Origin: Oculatellaceae cyanobacterium bins.114 | Lineage (GTDB): Bacteria > Cyanobacteriota > Cyanobacteriia > Elainellales > Elainellaceae | Direction of reading: 5' to 3' | Length of the DNA stretch: 64,000 nt | Assembly (NCBI GenBank): GCA_033764315.1 | Contig: JANRJA010000028.1 | Coordinates: forward strand, 1-64,000 | In this document: positions 58,429 to 64,000 of the stretch, piece after piece | Layout of the letters: each line of letters opens with the position of its first letter | How positions within the stretch are numbered: the stretch's first letter is position 1 | Made by a program: the position numbers and the translations under genes | Notes under the pieces: model-generated | Seen by the model: only the letters and a program-made list of their open reading frames with translations | Told to the model about the DNA's origin: nothing | Database searches by the model: none

Positions 58429-58706
58429 GCAATTGGCACTGTGACAAGAACCTGAACTGTTGAGCATAGCTTTTGAAGTGGCATGACGAGAATGTATTGA
58501 GGCGAGTAACCAATAAATTACTCTATAGCAAGAAGCTAAACCATAGAGAAAGCCATCTATTGAGTCGTGACGAGAACGAATTGAGCCATCACATCAACGG
58601 TGTGAGAGAACAATATAACGATGCAGAGACACACATCAAGCTGTGGTTGAGCATCACTAAACTGTGTGTCAATGCGATCGCAGACTAACCTCTTTGACAG
58701 AACCCG

Positions 58707-58808
58707 GCGATCGCTCTAACCAACAATCTAATCCTGGTTATGCATAACACGCGAGAGTTTGAACGGGTGGATGGATTGCAGGTTGAAGATTGGGAAATTG
58801 AGGGATAG
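58707..58808 (+). pseudogene. C-terminal relic of a VapC (PIN) toxin, beginning at a HIP1 site
   Basis: From GCGATCGC at 58707: AIALTNNLILVMHNTREFERVDGLQVEDWEIEG*, matching the VapC C-terminal consensus (AIALxxxLxLVTxNxREFxRVxGLxxEDW). Confidence 0.8.
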
Positions 58809-58946
58809 GCGATCGCTGGCAGCAATTGCTCACTCAGCTTGGCTTTTCCAACAGGAGTTGATTCCCCTGTCTGCGAAATCCCCGTTATAAAAGAAGGCTT
58901 TGAACTCTTAAACACGACAATTGAAGTAAAAAGCGCGATCGCTTGA

Positions 58947-59110
58947 GTTCTGATCTCGGAGTTCCGTGTTCTCATCTCGAAGTGTCAAGTCAAAAGGTCA
59001 AAACTTCGGGTTCAGAAGGCAAAGTTCCATGTTAAAAAGGCGAAGCTTCAGGTTCAGAGGTTAAACTTTCAATCTCAGAGAGCAAAGTTCCGTGTTCAGA
59101 AGTTGAAAGG
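58947..59110. repeat. Degenerate 21-bp tandem repeats (heptad-coding relic)
   Basis: Units such as AAACTTCGGGTTCAGAAGGCA / AAGTTCCATGTTAAAAAGGCG / AAGCTTCAGGTTCAGAGGTTA / AAGTTCCGTGTTCAGAAGTTG. Confidence 0.7.
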
Positions 59111-59252
59111 TGAGGATTGAAGAGCAATCGCTTATCTACTGGTTTCAAACGTATGCGTTTTTGGGCGATTCCCGAAACTGGTGTACTGAAGAATAGAAGT
59201 TAAAATAAGGAAAATTTATATTGATAGCTTCTTAGTAAATTTAGATTGAGTA

Positions 59253-61976
59253 GTGGTTAGACACAGAAAGCAGATTATTTTTGTGGGACTCAACATCCTC
59301 TTAATTGGAGGAATAGAATGTCTTGCCTCAAATAGCGTTCAAGCCTTCCAAATTCCGGAGAATCACGTAACCTACCTTCAAGCGACTCAACCGAGTTCTA
59401 ATGCTCAATCAACAGCAACCTCTGGTTCACAATCAACAGCTTCTTCTCAAAATGTGCGTGAACAGATTGTGGGTTGGATTCAGCAAAATCAGCTTCCAAT
59501 TGGCTCTGTCACTATAATCATCTTGAGTTATTTAGGAATCCTTTGGCTGAATCCTCGCCTTCTCTTAAAGGTAATACCAGTCACAGAAATCAAAATACCC
59601 ATGACAGAAATTAAAGTACCGCTGGGCGTTTTGATTTGGCTTAAGTATCAACCTAGAGTTCTAGATGCTTGGGTTTCCGAAAGAATACATCAAGTAGAGA
59701 GTAATTTTGAAGATAGACTAACTGTTAAAGAACGGGTAGTTCATATTCCAATTCCCGTTGAATTAGATGGAAAGAAGCCAGCGATCGCTAATTTCACTCC
59801 TAATGACTTAAAAGCTGTCTTCTCTAAACAATTTACACGTTTAGTAATTGTCGGTGAGGGAGGAGTTGGTAAAACCAGTTTTGCTTGTCAAATTGCAAAG
59901 TGGGCAATGACAGAAAGCAAAGATGAACGCCTTTGCAATCATCGAATGATACCTGTATTGATCGAGGAAGAACTGGAGCCTACTGAAGGAGGGTCACCAT
60001 TATTAGAGGCGATCGCTCTTCAGGTTAAGAATTTACGAGATGATGAAAAACCAGTCGCAGAGGAACTTCTAAAACAACTACTAGAGAAACGACGTATTTT
60101 AGTGATTGTGGATCATCTCTCAGAAATGAGTGAAGCAACACAGAAGGCTACTCGTTTGCGAGATGCTAGTTCTCCAGTGAATGCATTAATTGTTACGTCT
60201 CGAACTGAAGACATCTTAGGGAAAGAAATAACTTACACAACCCTCAAACCACAACGAGTTTCAGGTAAGCAATTGTCCATTTTTATGGATGCTTATCTAA
60301 CTCAACGAGGTAAACGGGACTTATTCAATGACCCAGAATACTTTGATGTACTCCGGCGTTTATCCCAAATTGTGACGGATGAGCGAGATATTACGGTGTT
60401 GTTTGCCAAGCTTTATGCCGATCAGATGATTGCTGTAGCAGAAGGTTTAGTTATAGAAGATTTGCCAGACAATATACCGGATTTGATGTTGAGCTATGTC
60501 AATGAGGTAAATCGGGAGAAGGACAATAAGCTAGACGATAACATCGTTCAACGAGATTTAAAAGTAATTGCTTGGGAGTGTTTGAAGCAAACATTTAAGC
60601 CAGAAACGGCTGAACGAGAAGACGTTATTGAGTGTTTAGCAGCCTTAGAAGGAGAAGGCAGCCCTGCCAAGGAAAGTGCTAAGAAGCGACTGAAATACTT
60701 AGAAGACCGTCTTGCACTGATTCGCACAGTTTCCCCTACTAAAATTAAAATTCGTTTTGTGCTTGACCCTCTCGCTGAATATCTTGCAGGTTTAAATCTA
60801 GTGGAGCTTTATGGTGAAGATGAACAGGCATGGCGATCGTTTTTAAAGGAAGCTAAAAGTAAACCAGGCACACTAGAAGAAATCCGGGGTTTCTTATTAG
60901 CAACAAGAGACTGTTATATAGCTAAGACAATAGAAACAAAAACCTCTAGTTCTGTAATTGAAGAGCTGAATAAGCTAGCAGCCCTAGATTTAGAAATACT
61001 GAAACGAAAACAGCTCAAACAGCGTGTTCGGGATTTAGCTTCTGATCTTTTAAGAATAGATGCTAGGGATCGTGAATATGCTGCTAAAGAGTTAGGTAAT
61101 ATCGGCTCAGCTGCGAAAGCTTCTATTCCTCATCTTATTTCTAGAGTGTTGCAGGATGATAGTGTTTCAGTTCGCAGATGCTCTATTAAAGCGATTAAGA
61201 GAATTGGTTTAGAAACAGATACTGATCATCTAAAATTGCTTGAAGCTCTAAGAGATTCAGATGAGGAAGTTTGTACGGAAGTAGTTGAAGTTCTATCAAC
61301 TCCTAAAATTACTGTAGAAATAGTCGTCTCTGTGCTAATTGAAACTTTAAAGAAGCGCGTCCAATTCCCCAAAGATGAGAGTGGTTTAGTTCGTCGAAGA
61401 CACACTATACATCGAAGCCTTCATGGTGCTATTGAACAAGCTTTAATACGTGCTGGTTCAATAGCAGTGCCTATTGTAATTCAAATTCTAAACGACAAAA
61501 GTGTAGGTGTTCGAGATACAGCCATGATAGTACTTCAAGGTATAGGTGGTAACAAAACGCTTGGACCTCATGCTGGATTGGCGTCTCTTGCTTTAGCAGA
61601 AATTTTAGAGAGTGATGATGTAGGCGATCGTCGTGGAGTATGCTTTGCCTTACAAGAAATTTGTTCAATACAAGAAGAGACATTAGTTAGTAAAAACCTA
61701 ACCAAAGCTCTTTATGATGCTGACCTACTTGTTCGTGTCTTGACTGCTCGCATCTTAATGAAAGTGAAACCACAAATGACAGAACATTTAGTCTCTGGCT
61801 TAGTTAATGCACTAAGAAGCGAAGATTCAACTATTAGGCTCTACGCATGTGTAGCCATTGGAGATACTAATTTAGCTACACAAGAAGTGATTTCTGCGTT
61901 AAAAATTGCTTATGATGATTCTGAAGAGAGAGTCCGGCAAGTGGCATTCAAAGCTCTTAATAAAATCAGTCCGTAG
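59253..61976 (+). CDS. Membrane-anchored NACHT-like (STAND) NTPase with C-terminal HEAT repeats
   Basis: Signal peptide-like N-terminus, then a TM helix; Walker A GEGGVGKT; Walker B ILVIVDHLSE; LIVTSR; LAEYLAG; HEAT/PBS repeats. Confidence 0.85.
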   Translation: MVRHRKQIIFVGLNILLIGGIECLASNSVQAFQIPENHVTYLQATQPSSNAQSTATSGSQSTASSQNVREQIVGWIQQNQLPIGSVTIIILSYLGILWLNPRLLLKVIPVTEIKIPMTEIKVPLGVLIWLKYQPRVLDAWVSERIHQVESNFEDRLTVKERVVHIPIPVELDGKKPAIANFTPNDLKAVFSKQFTRLVIVGEGGVGKTSFACQIAKWAMTESKDERLCNHRMIPVLIEEELEPTEGGSPLLEAIALQVKNLRDDEKPVAEELLKQLLEKRRILVIVDHLSEMSEATQKATRLRDASSPVNALIVTSRTEDILGKEITYTTLKPQRVSGKQLSIFMDAYLTQRGKRDLFNDPEYFDVLRRLSQIVTDERDITVLFAKLYADQMIAVAEGLVIEDLPDNIPDLMLSYVNEVNREKDNKLDDNIVQRDLKVIAWECLKQTFKPETAEREDVIECLAALEGEGSPAKESAKKRLKYLEDRLALIRTVSPTKIKIRFVLDPLAEYLAGLNLVELYGEDEQAWRSFLKEAKSKPGTLEEIRGFLLATRDCYIAKTIETKTSSSVIEELNKLAALDLEILKRKQLKQRVRDLASDLLRIDARDREYAAKELGNIGSAAKASIPHLISRVLQDDSVSVRRCSIKAIKRIGLETDTDHLKLLEALRDSDEEVCTEVVEVLSTPKITVEIVVSVLIETLKKRVQFPKDESGLVRRRHTIHRSLHGAIEQALIRAGSIAVPIVIQILNDKSVGVRDTAMIVLQGIGGNKTLGPHAGLASLALAEILESDDVGDRRGVCFALQEICSIQEETLVSKNLTKALYDADLLVRVLTARILMKVKPQMTEHLVSGLVNALRSEDSTIRLYACVAIGDTNLATQEVISALKIAYDDSEERVRQVAFKALNKISP

Positions 61977-62425
61977 AAGAACATAATTTTGGGAAAAACA
62001 TGAAATTCAAATCACTAAAATCAAAAAAATTAGTCGGTGTTAATCAGTTATTACTTTGTCTCTTCTAGGTTATATCTTTATACCTTCGCCATGTCTTTGC
62101 AAATTTTTAATCACTTGAGTCAAGATGAAGTTTATGCAGATTAATATTGAATTAACTGATGAATATGAATCAAAACTACATTGTTCTCAACAGAAATTGA
62201 GTAGAACAATATTAAATCAGTAATGAGGTAGCGATCAATGCTTGCTAAAATCAATTAGAACTTCACCACAAAACAGCAATAGAAACTTTATAAATCTGGA
62301 TTCATTGGCTGTATTTAGGCAGGCACAAACCTCTTGATTGATTACAAATCTGTGGTTAGTCTACTATCCAAAAACAATTTAATCACTTACAAAATAAATC
62401 CTATAAATGATTTGAAAATGAAGTC

Positions 62426-62758
62426 ATGAAAACTCAAAATATTGAGATTCCCTACGAAAAAATTGCTCACTTCTGTCAGCACTGGCAAGTCACTGAATTT
62501 GCTTTGTTTGGTTCTGTATTGCGCGAAGACTTTCGTCCTGATAGTGATATTGATGTCATGGTGCAGTTTGATACAAATGCTTACCCAACCTTTTTTGATC
62601 TATCAAATATGGAAGATGAGCTAAAAACGATTTTTCAGCGCGATGTTGATCTGGTGACTCGTAAAGGCATTGAATCTAGCCGCAACTATCTCCGTCGTCA
62701 AGCCATTCTTTCATCCGCTCAGGTGATCTATGGAACGCGATCTCCAATCTCTTCTTGA
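62426..62758 (+). CDS. MNT-family nucleotidyltransferase antitoxin (MntA-like)
   Basis: FGSVLREDFRPDSDIDV (GSX10DXD); RDVDLV. Confidence 0.92.
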   Translation: MKTQNIEIPYEKIAHFCQHWQVTEFALFGSVLREDFRPDSDIDVMVQFDTNAYPTFFDLSNMEDELKTIFQRDVDLVTRKGIESSRNYLRRQAILSSAQVIYGTRSPISS

Positions 62759-63068
62759 CATTCTTCTATCTGCTCAAATTGCGACTAACTATCTCGCAGA
62801 GCGATCGCGGGATGACTTGGAAACCGATTTGCAACTGCAAGATGCCGTCGTTCGTAGACTCCTGATTATTGGTGAAGCCTCAAGACGAGTTTCAGAAACA
62901 ACGCGCCAAACTTTATCGACAATACCGTGGGCTGCAATCAATGGCATGAGAAATCGGCTTGTCCATGAATATGATGAAGTTGACCTGGATATTGTTTGGA
63001 GTACTGTAATTAACAGCTTACCTACGCTAATCGAAGAACTTGAGAAAATCGTTCCCCTCAAAATGTAA
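62730..63068 (+). CDS. HEPN / DUF86 ribonuclease toxin (HepT-like)
   Basis: DAVVRRLLIIGEA, IPW, GMRNRLVHEY (RX4HXY); overlaps the MNT gene. Confidence 0.92.
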   Translation: MERDLQSLLDILLSAQIATNYLAERSRDDLETDLQLQDAVVRRLLIIGEASRRVSETTRQTLSTIPWAAINGMRNRLVHEYDEVDLDIVWSTVINSLPTLIEELEKIVPLKM

Positions 63069-63085
63069 ATGCGATCGCCATCACA

Positions 63086-64000
63086 TTAGCTCAAAAAAGC
63101 TTTGACTTTAACTAACAGTGCTCTCAAATTTTGATGAGGCACTAAAAGGTCATTGTGTAACCGTCCTAAAATAATGCCAGGATGCCGTTTTTGACTTTGA
63201 GCAAACTGCTCGATCGCCTTCCGAGAAAATCGAGGTTGATACTTCACCACAAACTCTTGAAGAGCTAGTGGATCAATTAACCAGTTAGCCGCGAGTTGAT
63301 TGGCTTCTACTTCCTCATCGTTGAGTGCCAGATTACCCAAGTCATCCAGATAGCTGCCCTGATGACCTGCGACAATGTGTGCTAATTCATGCATCAGCGT
63401 GAACCAAAATGAATCAATGCGGTTATACCGCAGCGTTAACGCCACAACCGGATGCTTGCCTAAATAGAACGCAGCACCATCCAAATAGGTTTTATTGAGA
63501 TGGGGCACGATAACAAAATGCACTCCCAATGACAAGAGCAAATCAGGAATGCGTCGGATGTCTTCCGGGTTTTCTGTAAGCATCAAAATGCTTGGGATGG
63601 CTTCCTGTACTTGCGCTCGATCAAAGGAACCAACCGTTTGCTGACTGGCTACATTTTCAACTTGTTTTACCCAGGCTAACTGAGCGATCGCCTCTGGGTT
63701 GCGCTCTTGAGAACAGCGAAAATTAATCGCTAGCTTAGGGGTTTCGTCAATCGAATTAATGCCAAAAAAACGGCAAATTTCCTGCTCTAATTCTTGAGTT
63801 GAATGAGTCGATTGAATCCAACCGCGCTTCATTAATTCTGAAATGGGTGCAAGGCTATAAAGATGACTTTTTCGGGCAATGTCTCGTTCGTGATTATCTT
63901 TACGAGCTTGGTGAAGTCTATAGTTGAGTTCCAAATTGGTCCAAAATTCGGCAGATGTACCAAACGCCTCTGCCAACTCCAATGCTGTCTCAGGAGTGAT
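63086..64000 (-). CDS. HigA-type HTH fused to an ImmA/IrrE-like metallopeptidase (N-terminus outside the window)
   Basis: ITPETALELAEAFGTSAEFWTNL (HigA HTH); LTLRYNRIDSFWFTLMHELAH (HExxH). Confidence 0.88.
   Translation of the reverse strand: MTPETALELAEAFGTSAEFWTNLELNYRLHQARKDNHERDIARKSHLYSLAPISELMKRGWIQSTHSTQELEQEICRFFGINSIDETPKLAINFRCSQERNPEAIAQLAWVKQVENVASQQTVGSFDRAQVQEAIPSILMLTENPEDIRRIPDLLLSLGVHFVIVPHLNKTYLDGAAFYLGKHPVVALTLRYNRIDSFWFTLMHELAHIVAGHQGSYLDDLGNLALNDEEVEANQLAANWLIDPLALQEFVVKYQPRFSRKAIEQFAQSQKRHPGIILGRLHNDLLVPHQNLRALLVKVKAFLS

Noticed and set aside
58473-58975. ORFs 58473-58688 (+) and 58685-58975 (-)
   Set aside because: No recognisable motifs; the minus-strand ORF is antisense to the VapC relic.

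Overview
This is cyanobacterial chromosomal DNA: dense HIP1 GCGATCGC octamers, psaAB, ndhP and ycf46/ycf35 are present. A Leptolyngbya/Oculatella-like filamentous strain is plausible but unproven. A housekeeping backbone (glk, pdxH, psaA-psaB, pilT, dxs, mtnA, ndhP, sppA, ycf46-ycf35, sfsA, cysK) is interrupted by AT-richer accessory patches. These include tandem standalone TIR genes, a caspase-GUN4 protein with a nearby Pepco-like gene, a membrane-anchored NACHT-HEAT protein, Uma2 nucleases, and intact or decayed toxin-antitoxin modules. Main observations: (1) an in-frame amber stop at codon 108 of an otherwise intact psaA; (2) two gene relics, a caspase N-terminus and a VapC C-terminus, that break exactly at HIP1 sites; (3) several MITE-like inverted-repeat shells carrying the same multi-hairpin passenger repeats, one with a perfect 8-bp target-site duplication; (4) an LDH/MDH-family enzyme with a non-canonical specificity loop, overlapping an ACT-domain gene; (5) candidate RNA switches upstream of an ABC exporter and between ycf46 and ycf35; (6) an IS701-like element abutting a heptamer repeat array at the left edge. 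All family assignments come from motif recognition by eye; no database searches were run.
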